From NCBI RefSeq assembly GCF_000189555.1, contig NC_017276.1: a stretch of 64,000 nucleotides of DNA; one strand, given 5' to 3'. The translations under genes and the position numbers were made by a program. Below the pieces are notes generated by a model. The model was not told the origin of the DNA. It made no database searches and saw only the letters and a program-made list of their open reading frames with translations. Below, piece by piece: positions 44,367 through 56,602 of the stretch (its first letter is position 1; every line of letters begins with the position of its first letter). The DNA is from Saccharolobus islandicus REY15A. GTDB taxonomy: Archaea; Thermoproteota; Thermoprotei_A; Sulfolobales; Sulfolobaceae.

Positions 44367-46870
44367 TTTCGTAACCCCCTAAGACTCAAATAGATTATAA
44401 TAATTATAAGAATTATTATCACGGCTATCAATAATATTGAGGTTACTGATATTTTATCTTGAGAATTAGTTGACGTTGGATAAGATACAACGTAAGAAAA
44501 TGTATAAAATGTCATATTAGGTTGATATAACTCATTTTCGTAATTTGCAGTAATATTGAACTTATATAAACCCGGGGATAACGCTAAAGTAAAAGAGAAC
44601 GGTGTTGGACTATTTGGGGGTACGTTTCCAATATAAATTGAGGAATAGTTATTAATGGATATTGTAACATATTGTGCGTTTTGTGATCCAGTATTTATTA
44701 ATAACCCGTTAATTACAACTGTATTGTTTACAATTTGTGCGGAAACTTGCGTTATCTCCATTTTAACGAATCCCGTACTGAGTAAGTTTAATTGATATTG
44801 ATAGGTCTGTGGAGATCCCTGGCCTAACACATAATTCAGAGTAACTACGATAGGTATTGACGTTGTTTGAGGAATTTGTGGTATAATATATAATGGGACA
44901 GTGTAAATGAAGTGAGAAGGAAGATATGGGATGTAAAGCTGATTTTGTGAGAGGTAAATTTCTTGTGACGGGTAATTTAAGTCAAGCCTTATGTTATATA
45001 TCGTAAAGTTGGCTAGGTTTTGAATTGCTAGGATTTCAGTATTGTTTGTATTATAATAAACTGTGGTTTTGAGAAAGGATATAAGTATTGGCGATTGTGA
45101 CGAAGTAACTAGAACTGGAATTGTAAACGTCCTCACTATTTCGTTGTTAAAATAAGTATAACTCAATTTAATTACTAGCGGATACACAGCTGGTGGTAAG
45201 CCTTGTGGAGCGTATAGTGTATAGTAGAATGTTACTGATGAGTTGGGCTTCACGAAGGGAATTGTGTTATTTAAAGATGTGATTACCTCTAAGCCTTGTG
45301 TGAGGGTTATTAGATTTACGTCATAAACATACTCCACCCCAAGGTTCACAACCTTAATTGGCACTAAGGCATACTCTCCATTACCTATTACTGTCTGATT
45401 GGCCCCAATTATCACTGGAGCAGGAGGTAAAACGTAAATATTATTCACTCCATCCACAGTTTTATCTTGATTGTAGGAAATCTTGTAATTGAAATTAAGT
45501 ATACCTAATGAGCTATTTGGAGTTATTTCTACTGGAATAGTTATTGGTATAGAAGAGTACTGAGGAATTCCGGGTAAGAAAATGAAAGGCTCTAAGGGAA
45601 ATATGCCATTAGGAAATGTATATGTAATGTTGACACCAGTTATGGGTATTGGCAATGGATTATAGATTACCAATGTTAAGGGAATTGTTCCTATCCCAGG
45701 AAATGGCGTTATCGTAGTATTCCAAATTGCCTCAACTATCCTAGGAGTTTCATTATAGTAGATATTGGCATATGTTAGATAAGCTACTGTTAGTTTCTGA
45801 TCCAATGCAGTGTAATTAATCTCTATTGGTATAGGGTATATTGAGGGTATTACTCCTTGAGGTATGTAAATCTTGAAAGTGTATATTACCTTTTCTCCCG
45901 GTGATAGAGAAATAGGCGTAAAGTTTGAGGAGATTGGTAGGAAGTTTGAGGGTAATTCTGGCTTTACACTAATTATAAAGCTACTAACGTTAGTTGAAAT
46001 TCCTATTATGAGTGTAGTTATATTATCTGGAGTTGACTGTATGGGATCGGAGTAAATGTTAATTCTAGCTTGAGGATATATCGTTATGTTTATACTCTTG
46101 TTTGAGGATTGCTTATAGAAATATCCTAGAAAGTTAGTAAATGAAAAAGAATAATTAAGAGTATACACTCCCGGTTTAACAAGATTACTCACGTTCACTA
46201 TTGAAGATACAAATATTGGTTCTCCAGCGGGTAAGGCTGGAATTGTAACTGTTAACTCTCTACTACCAGTTTGGGAAAATATTCCCTTGGGTAAGAATAC
46301 GTTTAAGGTTACGTTTAGCATAGGTTCAGTTGTGGGATTAAAGACGCTAAGGGTAAGAGGTAATAAGCCTTCTCCTACCTGAGCAAATATTAGTTGTTGT
46401 GTAGTTCCCCAAAATACCTGATCCAAAACTGGAAAGGCTACGTTATAAATAGGTATAGTTATTTCTTGAATTATCTGACTTTCAGCACCAGTAACTGCGT
46501 TTTGGTATACTACTACTAATGGTACATTATAGGTCCCCGGCTCAGCATTATCATTTACATTGAGGAAGAACGTTATTTGCGAAGTTGTTAAAGATGATGA
46601 GGACACCGAACCATAAGCTATGCTACTTCCTCCTTCAGAGGTTATTGGTGTTCCAGAGAGAATCAAATATGCGTAAACAATCTGATACCCTACTTGCTGT
46701 GAGGCTATAACATAAAATGGCGTGTCATTATAACCTGGATGTGCCCTTATTGGATTTTGTGGTGTTCCCCATCCCCAACTGGATATTACAACAGAACTCT
46801 GTGAGTTTACTGGAATTATAGGGAGAATTAATGAAAGTAACAATAAGACAATTATCAACTTCTTTATCAT
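44363..46870 (-). CDS. Large membrane-anchored extracellular protein (COG1361 S-layer-domain-like)
   Basis: Signal peptide, repeated Ig-like 'PG.Y' units, C-terminal TM helix; coupled to ABC genes. Confidence 0.75.
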   Translation of the reverse strand: MIKKLIIVLLLLSLILPIIPVNSQSSVVISSWGWGTPQNPIRAHPGYNDTPFYVIASQQVGYQIVYAYLILSGTPITSEGGSSIAYGSVSSSSLTTSQITFFLNVNDNAEPGTYNVPLVVVYQNAVTGAESQIIQEITIPIYNVAFPVLDQVFWGTTQQLIFAQVGEGLLPLTLSVFNPTTEPMLNVTLNVFLPKGIFSQTGSRELTVTIPALPAGEPIFVSSIVNVSNLVKPGVYTLNYSFSFTNFLGYFYKQSSNKSINITIYPQARINIYSDPIQSTPDNITTLIIGISTNVSSFIISVKPELPSNFLPISSNFTPISLSPGEKVIYTFKIYIPQGVIPSIYPIPIEINYTALDQKLTVAYLTYANIYYNETPRIVEAIWNTTITPFPGIGTIPLTLVIYNPLPIPITGVNITYTFPNGIFPLEPFIFLPGIPQYSSIPITIPVEITPNSSLGILNFNYKISYNQDKTVDGVNNIYVLPPAPVIIGANQTVIGNGEYALVPIKVVNLGVEYVYDVNLITLTQGLEVITSLNNTIPFVKPNSSVTFYYTLYAPQGLPPAVYPLVIKLSYTYFNNEIVRTFTIPVLVTSSQSPILISFLKTTVYYNTNNTEILAIQNLANFTIYNIRLDLNYPSQEIYLSQNQLYIPYLPSHFIYTVPLYIIPQIPQTTSIPIVVTLNYVLGQGSPQTYQYQLNLLSTGFVKMEITQVSAQIVNNTVVINGLLINTGSQNAQYVTISINNYSSIYIGNVPPNSPTPFSFTLALSPGLYKFNITANYENELYQPNMTFYTFSYVVSYPTSTNSQDKISVTSILLIAVIIILIIIIIYLSLRGLRK

Positions 46871-47550
46871 CTTTCTTCACCAACTATCTTTCCATCTCTG
46901 ATGTAGATCTTTCTCCTTGTATAACTCGCAACTTCTCTATCATGTGTTACTACTGCTATCGTAGTTTTAAACTCCTCATTAATCTTTTTGAATATGTCCA
47001 TTACAATTTTTGCATTGATACTATCTAAATTTCCAGTAGGTTCATCAGCTAATATGATCTTTGGATTTTGGGCTAATGCACGAGCTATAGCTACTCTTTG
47101 CTGTTGTCCCCCAGAAAGTTCTGACGGTCTTTTGTTTATTACTCCGTCTAATTCCACTAGTTTTAGAGAATTTATTGCTATCTCCTCCCTTTTCTTTTTT
47201 GGTATTCCTCTGGCTACTAGTGGTAATTCAACGTTTTGTAGTACACTAAGCCTCTGAATTAGATTAAAATTCTGAAATACAAAGCCTATATACTCATTTC
47301 TGATTTTTGAGATTTCGTCATCGCTTAGCTTAGTTACGTCCATTTCATAAATATATACCTTCCCTTGTGATGGTCTATCCAAAATTCCTAAGATTGATAA
47401 GAGAGTTGATTTTCCACTGCCAGAAGGTCCCAATATTGAAATAAACTCTCCTTCATCAATACTTAGGTTTATATATCTAAGCGCAACAGTCTTTACATTC
47501 CCCTCATAAATCTTGGTAACATTTTCAAGTCTTATTACGGGCATATACAT
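46867..47550 (-). CDS. ABC ATPase (LolD/MacB family)
   Basis: GPSGSGKST, LSGGQQQR, ADEPTGNLD, VTHD. Confidence 0.93.
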   Translation of the reverse strand: MYMPVIRLENVTKIYEGNVKTVALRYINLSIDEGEFISILGPSGSGKSTLLSILGILDRPSQGKVYIYEMDVTKLSDDEISKIRNEYIGFVFQNFNLIQRLSVLQNVELPLVARGIPKKKREEIAINSLKLVELDGVINKRPSELSGGQQQRVAIARALAQNPKIILADEPTGNLDSINAKIVMDIFKKINEEFKTTIAVVTHDREVASYTRRKIYIRDGKIVGEER

Positions 47551-47636
47551 TGGTTATTACGTAAAAGTGGGTTAAAGATTTTTTCAAAGGTAATTACTTA
47601 TAAAGATTTAATACAATGGATTACGTTCTTTTACTT

Positions 47637-48953
47637 ATGAAATATACCGATACTGCGCCCAAGCTTTTTATGAATACCGGAACCAAGTTTCCTAGAAGAA
47701 TTATTTGGGCTATGGGAGTTTTAAAGAAATCTTGCGCCAAAGTGAACGCAGATCTTGGATTATTAGACAAAAAGATTGCGAATTCAATTATTAAGGCATC
47801 TGAAGATTTAATTGATGGAAAATTAGATGATAAAATAGTACTTGATGTCTTTCAAACGGGATCTGGGACTGGACTTAATATGAACGTAAATGAGGTTATA
47901 GCAGAAGTAGCTTCTAGTTACTCTAACCTTAAAGTGCATCCAAATGATCATGTGAATTTCGGCCAGTCATCGAATGATAGTGTACCTACAGCAATTAGAA
48001 TCGCTGCAGTAGCTGAGGTCACGAATAGATTACTTCCTGCATTACAACAAATAATATCTTCTTTAAATAAGAAGGCGGAGGAATATAAGGATGTTGTAAA
48101 AGCAGGTAGAACCCATTTAAGAGATGCTTTGCCTGTAACTTTAGGTCAAGAACTTTCAGCATATGCTGATGCCTTCCAACATGAACGCGAGCAAGTTATG
48201 AATATTTTGGAATATGTAAAGGAGTTGCCAATTGGAGGTACTGCAACGGGTACTGGACTAAATACTCACCCTGAATTTCAAGAGAGAGTTATTAATGAAA
48301 TAAACAGAATCACTGGTTTAGGATTTAAGCCAGCTAATAGGTTTAGGGCAATGAGATTACTCACGGATCTCTTACTATTAAGTGGAGCACTGAGAAATAT
48401 TGCAGTAAACTTGTACAGATTAGGACAAGATATAAGGTTAATGTTTTCCGGTCCTTTAACTGGTCTTAACGAAATAGATTTACCCACACAAGAAGAGATT
48501 GCTGGTAGCTCGATAATGCCTGGTAAAACTAATCCAGTTACAGTTGAGGCTACTTTACTAATTTCAGCCCAAGTTGTGGGATTGGATCATGCAAATCAAT
48601 TCGCTTCAATGTTAGGAGAATTTGAGTTATCAATGGGTATTCCATTAGTTGGTTATAATATTGTAACTCAAGTTAATTTCGTCTCTGAGGCTTTAGAGAA
48701 GATGTCAAAATTGGTAATTGATGGAATGGTAGCAAATGTGGAGAAAATGAAGAGATATGCTGAATCATCTCCTTCACTTATAACCATAGTATCTCCAGTA
48801 ATAGGCTATGATAAAGCTTCTGAAATAGGAAAGAAGTTAAATAAGGGAATGTCTATACGTGAAGCCTTAAGGGAATTAGGATATAGTGATAATGAAATAA
48901 ATAAAATATTAGACTTAAGCAAACTAGTTAAGCCTGGATTCACTGCCAAATGA
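47637..48953 (+). CDS. fumC: Class II fumarate hydratase
   Basis: [20 protein letters not shown] signature; start MKYTD. Confidence 0.95.
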   Translation: MKYTDTAPKLFMNTGTKFPRRIIWAMGVLKKSCAKVNADLGLLDKKIANSIIKASEDLIDGKLDDKIVLDVFQTGSGTGLNMNVNEVIAEVASSYSNLKVHPNDHVNFGQSSNDSVPTAIRIAAVAEVTNRLLPALQQIISSLNKKAEEYKDVVKAGRTHLRDALPVTLGQELSAYADAFQHEREQVMNILEYVKELPIGGTATGTGLNTHPEFQERVINEINRITGLGFKPANRFRAMRLLTDLLLLSGALRNIAVNLYRLGQDIRLMFSGPLTGLNEIDLPTQEEIAGSSIMPGKTNPVTVEATLLISAQVVGLDHANQFASMLGEFELSMGIPLVGYNIVTQVNFVSEALEKMSKLVIDGMVANVEKMKRYAESSPSLITIVSPVIGYDKASEIGKKLNKGMSIREALRELGYSDNEINKILDLSKLVKPGFTAK

Positions 48954-48999
48954 TAAAGGATAGAGGGAAACTTCGCCTTTCAAAGCATGAAGTACTGGA

Positions 49000-49572
49000 T
49001 TATCTTTTTTTAGCTCCTTCAATTATCCAAAATCCTTCCTTCTCCTTGACCATAACTACTTTAAATTTACTGGAAAGCTTTCTTAAACCTTCTAACGGAT
49101 CAGCTCCACCAAATAATCTATCACGCAAGATCATGTATACTTTAGAGCCGCTTTTAACTACCCTATTTACTTCTCTAATTATATCTAGATCAAGAACCTC
49201 AAAAATAATTGCAGAATTAAACGATGAGTCTCTAAAAGGAAATGGATATGAAAAAATCACATCCTTAAAAGATACACCATAGCAATTGAAAGTTCCAACA
49301 CAAATTGCGTCTTGTCTATTTAAAGGTAACCGAATGGGAATTACACTGGCCAGCTTATTTTTATCTACAAGAAAATCTGTATAATTCTTCAGAAATAAAA
49401 CTTCACCTTGTAAAAAATCTCTCCCAATTAGAACATTAAGTTTGGGTATATCTGAAAGCTTTCCGTAAGCTAAACTTATAATCTCTTTGGACCCGTCTAT
49501 GATTTCTAGCTTAATTGCATTGCTGAGGTTAGTAATTTCACCATTACTGTCTATCATATAGCCTACTTTCAC
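49000..49572 (-). CDS. Protein with C-terminal class I methyltransferase-like segment
   Basis: PFPFRDSSFN...EVNRVVKSG resembles MTase motifs II-III; glycine-rich motif I not evident. Confidence 0.5.
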   Translation of the reverse strand: MKVGYMIDSNGEITNLSNAIKLEIIDGSKEIISLAYGKLSDIPKLNVLIGRDFLQGEVLFLKNYTDFLVDKNKLASVIPIRLPLNRQDAICVGTFNCYGVSFKDVIFSYPFPFRDSSFNSAIIFEVLDLDIIREVNRVVKSGSKVYMILRDRLFGGADPLEGLRKLSSKFKVVMVKEKEGFWIIEGAKKR

Positions 49573-49609
49573 ATTATAAGTATATATGAATACTAATTAA
49601 TATTTTTAG

Positions 49610-49984
49610 CTAGCTATAAACCTTGTGAACATCGGTTATCGAGAACATTCCTATAATATTTCCATTCTTATTCTTAACTGGTAAATGCCTAATCTTATTA
49701 GCTGCCATTATTTTTAAAGCCTCGAATACATCGGTATCCTCGTCGATAATTATTAGATTCCCCATAGTAGCTGCTAATCTAACCTCATCACTGGAACTTA
49801 AACCTGCGGCAATTGCCTTAATTGCATCTCTGTCAGTAAATATCCCCTTGGGGACACCTTGCTCAGTTACCACTACTGATCCTACTCCTCTCTCTAGCAT
49901 CAACTTACAGACCTCTTGAAGTGAAGTATTTGCCTCAACTTGGAAAACTGGTGTTGACATGAAATCTTTAATTCGTTTAAGCAT
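49610..49984 (-). CDS. CBS-domain protein
   Basis: Tandem CBS (GIFTDRD; IRHLPV...GMFSITD). Confidence 0.88.
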   Translation of the reverse strand: MLKRIKDFMSTPVFQVEANTSLQEVCKLMLERGVGSVVVTEQGVPKGIFTDRDAIKAIAAGLSSSDEVRLAATMGNLIIIDEDTDVFEALKIMAANKIRHLPVKNKNGNIIGMFSITDVHKVYS

Positions 49985-49995
49985 GTATAAAGATT

Positions 49996-50673
49996 TTAAG
50001 TAGCTTCCCAATAAGCTTTTAGTTTCACTTTTTTAGGTTCTCCACCATTAGATAATAAATCCTCTATAACCGATTCAAGATAAGTCTCATCTTGAACTCC
50101 CCTAATTAGCCAATAATCATTAACTAACAACGCTGGGACTCCCCTAATTCCCATGGCATGAGCTTCAGCTTCATCTTCATAAACTGACATCCTAGCCTTT
50201 TTAGACTTAAAATCTTCCTTAAATTTCTCTATATCTAAGCCTAACTCTTCTGCTATCTGAATCAAAACATTATCATCATTAACGTTTTCACCTTCCAAGA
50301 AGAACCTCTCTTGCGCCTTATCAAAGTAATCCCAATACCCATTATCGCCCCTTTGATACTCAGCAGCCTTACATGCCATTAAAGGAGGAAGAGACCAAAC
50401 CCACGTTATTTTACCCTTACCTATTACTTTTTCTGGATCATAGTCCGGAAAATACCTTTTTATGATAGAAAATTCTTGTTTAAATAATTCTCTAGCTTCC
50501 TCTTCCGTTGGGGCAGCTGCTTTTAGATCGTCCAAGGACGATATTATCATGAAAGCCTTATGCTTAACCACTATCTCATCATTAAATTTCCTTGCGACAC
50601 TCCTTAACCTCCGAGACGTTACAAAACAGAAGGGACACAGTACATCATGGAAAAATGTTATTTTTACAACCAT
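49996..50673 (-). CDS. DsbA/FrnE-family thiol-disulfide oxidoreductase
   Basis: DVLCPFC and GIRGVP. Confidence 0.88.
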   Translation of the reverse strand: MVVKITFFHDVLCPFCFVTSRRLRSVARKFNDEIVVKHKAFMIISSLDDLKAAAPTEEEARELFKQEFSIIKRYFPDYDPEKVIGKGKITWVWSLPPLMACKAAEYQRGDNGYWDYFDKAQERFFLEGENVNDDNVLIQIAEELGLDIEKFKEDFKSKKARMSVYEDEAEAHAMGIRGVPALLVNDYWLIRGVQDETYLESVIEDLLSNGGEPKKVKLKAYWEAT

Positions 50674-50935
50674 TATGTCACACCCTTTTCCAGAAGTAGC
50701 TTACTCAAAGAAAGTTATTAAAATTTTTGAATGATTGACTTGCTGATATTTAACTATAATACTATTTGTATTCAGTATTTTCTAAAAAGAATAAAATAAG
50801 ACAAAATAACATTAAATTATTCAATATAAGCAGACTTATACATAAAAAGTTAGTACTAATTCTTCGGCAAAGTATAATTAAGTATAAGTTGACAATAATG
50901 AAGATTTATATAGTTTTATTTTTTAAAGTTTAATT

Positions 50936-52855
50936 ATGGCTGAGGAAGGCACAAAAGTTTCCGTACAACAAAGTGATAAACTGTTAAGAAAAGAACTAAC
51001 CCTCTTAGATATGTCATTTTTAGGTTTAGGGGCAATAATAGGATCTGGTTGGTTATTCGCATCATTAGCTGCTGCTTCAGTAGCTGGACCATCTGCAGTA
51101 CTAGCTTGGATAATTGGAGGAATCCTTATAATGTTCGTAGGATTGGCTTATGCTGAGCTAGGAAGTGCAATACCTAGAACTGGTGGGATCGTTAGATATC
51201 CGCATTATACGCATGGGAGTTACGCTGGTTACATTTTGGGATTTCTTTACTTATTATCAGCCATGACAGTGCCTGCAATAGAAGCTGAAGCAGCGATAAC
51301 ATACATCAGTTCCATTAACTCGTATATGGGTAGTTTACTGACCACTACATCTGATGGAGTAACAATTCTAACGTTACCTGGAATTGGGCTTGCTACCTTG
51401 CTGTTAATACTATTTTTCTTTATAAATTACTTCGGAATAAAAGTATTAGGGAAGACTAATACTGGGATAACTTTCTGGAAACTTATAGTCCCAACAATTA
51501 CATTTATATTACTATTAGCTATAGGTTTCAATATAAAGAATTTCACATCTTATGGAGGTCTATTTCCTTCACTTGTATCTGGGGCTTCCTCTGGGATTAT
51601 AGGACCATCAGCGATGCTTTATGCAATACCTAGTACTGGAATAGTCTTCGCATACTTGGGATTTAGGCAACCAGTAGAATTTGCTGGAGAAGCTAAAGAT
51701 CCACAAAGAGATGTACCAAGGGCAATAGTCATAGCACTACTCTTGGCTATAGTAATCTATACACTACTTCAAGTTTCATTTATAGGCGCTATAAACTGGC
51801 AATATGCAATAAATGTAAGTAAAGGATATGTTCCAGGGAATTGGAGTGCATTATCATCTGGACCTTGGTCTAGTGGTCCTTTCTATGGAGAGATAACTAC
51901 GCTTGGATCCACCCTAGGTATAGCTGGTTTAATTTATTGGGGATATTTATTACTTGTGGACGCTATAATATCTCCTAGTGGTACTGGCTTAATCTACATT
52001 GGAACTACTACCAGAACTTTTTATGGTATAGCTGCTGACGGTTACTTTCCAAAATTCTTCCTCAAATTAAATAAACATAGAATACCCGTATGGTCAATCG
52101 TAGCTTCACTAATCCTAGGATTCATATTCTTACTACCATTCCCAAGCTGGTATCTGTTAGTGGGATTCATTTCTTTAGCAACAGTCTTTACATATATTAT
52201 GGGAGGTATAGGATTACAAACCTTAAGAAAAACCGCGCCAGATCTAAAGAGAAGGGTAAAACTGAGTGGTGCTAGTATCATAGCACCAATAGCTACTATC
52301 GCTGCAATATTAATCGTATATTGGGCTGGTTTTACAACACTATACTATGTGCTAACTGCATTATTCGTTGGGGTTCCGCTATTTTGGATGTATTATGCAA
52401 TAAGAGAATTAAAACTAAACTCAGTTGTTGGAATAGTACTAGGTGTGGCACAACTCATATTTAATATACTCTTGGCATATTTTGCCTACATTAACATACT
52501 AACTATACCACCAGGAACGCCAATAAGTGATATAATTTCAAGCTTTGTTCTATATTTCTTAGGATTTTTAGGAATGTTACTTATACCAAGCTTAATTGGG
52601 TATGCGCTAGCAAATGGAAAGGGTAAGCAATATATAAGGAGCGGATTCTGGTTGATAGGGCTAATACTAGTAATCTATATAATTAGCTTCTTCGGAGGAT
52701 TTGGCCCGTTAGGTACTTCAGCCCCGATACCTTTTCCGTGGGATACTATAGTTGCTGCAATTGTTGGACTAATATTCCACTACGCTGCCGTATATAGTGG
52801 ATTTAGAACTGATGAGATAGAAGAGATAGTTAGAGAACAGTTAGGAGGGAAATAA
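50936..52855 (+). CDS. APC-family amino acid permease
   Basis: GAIIGSGWL, FAYLGFRQ..EFAGE. Confidence 0.9.
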   Translation: MAEEGTKVSVQQSDKLLRKELTLLDMSFLGLGAIIGSGWLFASLAAASVAGPSAVLAWIIGGILIMFVGLAYAELGSAIPRTGGIVRYPHYTHGSYAGYILGFLYLLSAMTVPAIEAEAAITYISSINSYMGSLLTTTSDGVTILTLPGIGLATLLLILFFFINYFGIKVLGKTNTGITFWKLIVPTITFILLLAIGFNIKNFTSYGGLFPSLVSGASSGIIGPSAMLYAIPSTGIVFAYLGFRQPVEFAGEAKDPQRDVPRAIVIALLLAIVIYTLLQVSFIGAINWQYAINVSKGYVPGNWSALSSGPWSSGPFYGEITTLGSTLGIAGLIYWGYLLLVDAIISPSGTGLIYIGTTTRTFYGIAADGYFPKFFLKLNKHRIPVWSIVASLILGFIFLLPFPSWYLLVGFISLATVFTYIMGGIGLQTLRKTAPDLKRRVKLSGASIIAPIATIAAILIVYWAGFTTLYYVLTALFVGVPLFWMYYAIRELKLNSVVGIVLGVAQLIFNILLAYFAYINILTIPPGTPISDIISSFVLYFLGFLGMLLIPSLIGYALANGKGKQYIRSGFWLIGLILVIYIISFFGGFGPLGTSAPIPFPWDTIVAAIVGLIFHYAAVYSGFRTDEIEEIVREQLGGK

Positions 52856-52937
52856 TTGTCTCATTTAAAAGGAAACTTTTTTAGTTAGATTGTCTATATA
52901 TAGAAAAACTTTTAGCTGTGGGCAAGGTATCTAAGTT

Positions 52938-53459
52938 ATGGACTCGAAAAAGGTCTTATTCATGGTTGGAGAAGAGTTTGAGGATATTGAACTATTATAT
53001 CCCTATTACAGAATAATTGAAGAAGGTTTTAGACCTGTAATAGCGTGGAAAGAGGCTAATGCCAGAGTTACAGGGAAGCATGGATATACTGTAATTTCCG
53101 ACATCTCGTTCAAGGATGTTAGAGCAGAGGATTATGTAGCACTAGTCATACCAGGCGGTAGAGGACCAGAACACATAAGGACTTTAGAGGAAGTTAAAAA
53201 CATAACTAGAAAATTCTTTGAGTTGAAAAAACCAGTTGCTGCAATATGTCACGGTCCTCAAATCTTAATTTCAGCTAATCTTGTTAAAGGAAGAAGGCTA
53301 ACGTCAGTCACGTCAATAAAAGATGATGTAATAGCTGCAGGTGGAATCTACATTGATAACGATGTGGTAGTAGATGAAAATCTGATATCCTCAAGAGTCC
53401 CTAGTGATCTACCAGCCTTTGCGTCTACGTTAGTCAAGGCGCTAAAGAGCCTAAAATAA
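52938..53459 (+). CDS. pfpI: PfpI/DJ-1-family protein
   Basis: FEDIE, PGGRG, AAICHGP, SSRVP.DL. Confidence 0.9.
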   Translation: MDSKKVLFMVGEEFEDIELLYPYYRIIEEGFRPVIAWKEANARVTGKHGYTVISDISFKDVRAEDYVALVIPGGRGPEHIRTLEEVKNITRKFFELKKPVAAICHGPQILISANLVKGRRLTSVTSIKDDVIAAGGIYIDNDVVVDENLISSRVPSDLPAFASTLVKALKSLK

Positions 53460-53463
53460 ATTA

Positions 53464-53823
53464 TTATTGACCTTTTTTCTCCTCTTCATTGAATAGTTCA
53501 TTTATCTTTTTATTATATTTTTCAAGAATTTCTGAAATCTCCTTCTGGGCCTCCTCATAAATACTTAACAGCTTATCTATCTTTTCATTAACCTTAGAAC
53601 CTCCTGCATTCTTTCCTCCTTTTCTCATTTCTACGGAATCGCCCAATATTTCATTAATTCTTTTGATGTATTCCCAAGCAAACTTATATGAAACACCAAC
53701 TGATTTGGAAGCACTCGAAATAGAACCAGTATGCTCAATTGCCCTTAATAATTTTACTCCACCTTTCCCTATTAGTGGTTTTCCCTCTTCTGTCTCGATC
53801 CAGATTTTAAATTTGAACCTCAT
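53464..53823 (-). CDS. ModE N-terminal-like wHTH regulator
   Basis: [18 protein letters not shown]...GGKNAGGS. Confidence 0.85.
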   Translation of the reverse strand: MRFKFKIWIETEEGKPLIGKGGVKLLRAIEHTGSISSASKSVGVSYKFAWEYIKRINEILGDSVEMRKGGKNAGGSKVNEKIDKLLSIYEEAQKEISEILEKYNKKINELFNEEEKKGQ

Positions 53824-54920
53824 AAATCTAACCCATTAGGATAAATTAGTTGTCTAATTTTATCAATTTTTTGCTTAACTTCTTCAAGATTATTCCCTAC
53901 CACGTTTATATGACCCAATTTTCTCCTCTTTCTAACTTCAGTCTTAGAGTACCAGTAAACTTTGCCATATTTTAATACCTCGACTGGTATTTTATCTGTA
54001 CCCAAAATATTAACCATTCCACTAGGAGATAAAATAGTAGTTGGACCTAACTCCATATTAATTATAGCCCTTAAGTGCTGTTCAAATTGAGAGATAAGAG
54101 CTCCATCTAGAGTATAATGACCCGTATTATGAACTCTAGGAGCAAATTCGTTAATCAAAACCTTACCACTGGTTACAAAAACCTCAACCCCCATAGTCCC
54201 TACATAATCCAATTCCTCACTCAACCTTTTAGCTACGTTAATAATTTCTTGATTAAAATAAGGCCCATAATTATAAACTAGAATGCCCTTTTCGTTGTAA
54301 TTATATGTGGGGGGATAACTGACAAAATTCCCTTTTTTGTCTCTAGCTATAATAACTGAGGCCTCAAAGTCAAAATTAATATATTCCTCAACGACCATCT
54401 TTTCTTTCTTTTCCCTTAAGAATTGGTATTTTTCAACGTCATTAAATATAAAATATTGACCTTTCCCATCATATCCTCCTTTAGACTCCTTGATAACTCC
54501 TATATTGTTAAACTCCTCCCTCAGTATTCTTAATGCCTCCTCACCATTCTCTACCACGGAAAATCTAGGAGTAGGTAAACTGTGTTGTTTATAGAAGAGC
54601 TTCTCCTTATAACGTTCCCTCTTCAACTCTACAGAATTAAGTCTAGGTAATAACTTTTCACTCTCTTGAGCGTATTTTAGTGCTTCTTCATATACATGTT
54701 CAAATTCAAATGTAATAACGTCTGAAGAATCAACGAACTCTTTATATTCTTGAGGAGAGAAGCATCTATCTGCAATTCTGCAAGCTGGAGCGTTCTTATC
54801 GTTTTCCAACACGTAAAAGGTGAATGGGAATTTCCTTCCCTCTAATATCATCATCCAACCTAATTGTCCTCCTCCCAATATTCCAATCTTAGGCTTCCAG
54901 TCCAGTATTGAGAACATCAT
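53820..54920 (-). CDS. purK: N5-CAIR synthetase
   Basis: [34 protein letters not shown]. Confidence 0.95.
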   Translation of the reverse strand: MMFSILDWKPKIGILGGGQLGWMMILEGRKFPFTFYVLENDKNAPACRIADRCFSPQEYKEFVDSSDVITFEFEHVYEEALKYAQESEKLLPRLNSVELKRERYKEKLFYKQHSLPTPRFSVVENGEEALRILREEFNNIGVIKESKGGYDGKGQYFIFNDVEKYQFLREKKEKMVVEEYINFDFEASVIIARDKKGNFVSYPPTYNYNEKGILVYNYGPYFNQEIINVAKRLSEELDYVGTMGVEVFVTSGKVLINEFAPRVHNTGHYTLDGALISQFEQHLRAIINMELGPTTILSPSGMVNILGTDKIPVEVLKYGKVYWYSKTEVRKRRKLGHINVVGNNLEEVKQKIDKIRQLIYPNGLDL

Positions 54921-55365
54921 TCCTCATATCTTCCGAGAATTTTTTAATTTTTTCTGCTAAATCCTTATATTTTATTCCTAAAATCCTTATTGCCAGTAGC
55001 GCAGCGTTTTTAGCACCACCTATTGCCACAGTAGCTACTGGGACACCATAGGGCATTTGAACTATTGAAAGAAGTGAGTCAAGACCATTCAGATTCTTTG
55101 AGGGAATAGGGACACCTATAACTGGAAGACTTGTAATTGAAGCAACCATACCGGGCAAATGAGCAGCCCCACCAGCCCCAGCAATAATTACTTCTATTCC
55201 CCTTTTTTCTGCTTCTTTAGCGTACTGCATCATAAATTCTGGTGTTCTATGAGCTGAGACCACCCTAGCTTCATAGTCTACACCAAATTGTTTCAAAATC
55301 TCTACAGCTTCTTTCATATATTCCCAATCATTTCTACTTCCCATAATTACAGCTACTTTTGGCAC
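54889..55365 (-). CDS. purE: N5-CAIR mutase
   Basis: [23 protein letters not shown]. Confidence 0.95.
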   Translation of the reverse strand: MPKVAVIMGSRNDWEYMKEAVEILKQFGVDYEARVVSAHRTPEFMMQYAKEAEKRGIEVIIAGAGGAAHLPGMVASITSLPVIGVPIPSKNLNGLDSLLSIVQMPYGVPVATVAIGGAKNAALLAIRILGIKYKDLAEKIKKFSEDMRNDVLNTGLEA

Positions 55366-55417
55366 ACTAGGTAAGTGGGTTTTATGGTTAAATATCTTTT
55401 TGATAAAGATAATATTT

Positions 55418-56314
55418 GTGATAGAAGTAAACCCAGCTGATGAGAATGAGGTCTTTCAGATAATCAGTGAATCTAAAAGGGAAAATAAGAAAGTTGGCAT
55501 AAGGGGATTTGGAGCTCATACTAAAAGGGAAATCAAACCCGATATAATGATAGTTACAACTGAAAGACTCAACAATTTCGAAATAAGTGACAACAAGGTA
55601 ATAGCTGACAGCGGTGCTGATGTTAAGAAAATAAGAGAAGAGTCATCACAAAAGGACTTACTACTCCCATCAATTTATGATGGAAGTATAGGCGGTCTAT
55701 TGGCACTTAATGAAATATCCAGTTTATCTACAGCATATGGCACACCTTGGAATTTCACAGAGTGGGTAGATTTCATAACTACATTTGGAAAAATCAGATG
55801 GAGAATTGTAATTGGTTCACAAGGTTTATTTGGAGTAATAACAAAGGCTAGTCTAAGACTGTATGAGAGACCAAATAAGGTGTTCATATATGAAAGAGGG
55901 ATAACTGATAAGAGGGAATTTAAACATGAGTTAAGAAAGTTAATAGGTCTGAAGCCAATTGCGCTCCTAGTAGAATATGAAGGAGATAGTAAGACCTTTG
56001 AAGTGCATGCATCATATATAACTCAACCTGAATTGGAGGGTTACTCTAAAGATGAGGGAATTCCCATGATTTCTGAGGTATCTGATAAAAATAGTTATAT
56101 AGTTGAGGTAGGTGATTTTGTGGAGGATTTCATATCCGTTGCAGAAAGAGTCTCACCATATTATATGTATGGAATATACGGTGTTAATTTACTCAAAGTT
56201 TACGTTACCGATGATTCGTTACTAAAAGATTTCAAATATTATCCTAGAAATAAGCCTCATCCGGTCTTCTATAAGCTTAAACGAATATTAGACTTCTATA
56301 ATATATTTACGTGA
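55418..56314 (+). CDS. FAD-binding oxidoreductase (GlcD/GlcE-like)
   Basis: GSIGG and [20 protein letters not shown] motifs; GTG start inferred from TATA spacing. Confidence 0.75.
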   Translation: MIEVNPADENEVFQIISESKRENKKVGIRGFGAHTKREIKPDIMIVTTERLNNFEISDNKVIADSGADVKKIREESSQKDLLLPSIYDGSIGGLLALNEISSLSTAYGTPWNFTEWVDFITTFGKIRWRIVIGSQGLFGVITKASLRLYERPNKVFIYERGITDKREFKHELRKLIGLKPIALLVEYEGDSKTFEVHASYITQPELEGYSKDEGIPMISEVSDKNSYIVEVGDFVEDFISVAERVSPYYMYGIYGVNLLKVYVTDDSLLKDFKYYPRNKPHPVFYKLKRILDFYNIFT

Positions 56315-56602
56315 TTAACAGTCGAACTTAGTACACAAAACATTCTCCATTTCATTTATTAAATCTCTTAAATATACGAAGTTTTTATATAACATTTCCA
56401 TTCCATATTCAGTAATTTCGACTATAACATCATCTCCTACATATGCCTTCTCCTGAATATAACCTTTTCTCTCTAATTTTCTTATAGTTTTTACCAGATT
56501 CCTTCTTGATATACTTACGTATTCTTGTATTTCTTTAACGCTTAATTCACCTTCCGATAACAAAGTGAGAATTGCTAACTCTTTAACATTCATTACCATC
56601 AA
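56315..56602 (-). CDS. Small wHTH (MarR-like) regulator
   Basis: LVKTIRKLERKGYI...ITEYG. Confidence 0.75.
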   Translation of the reverse strand: MMVMNVKELAILTLLSEGELSVKEIQEYVSISRRNLVKTIRKLERKGYIQEKAYVGDDVIVEITEYGMEMLYKNFVYLRDLINEMENVLCTKFDC

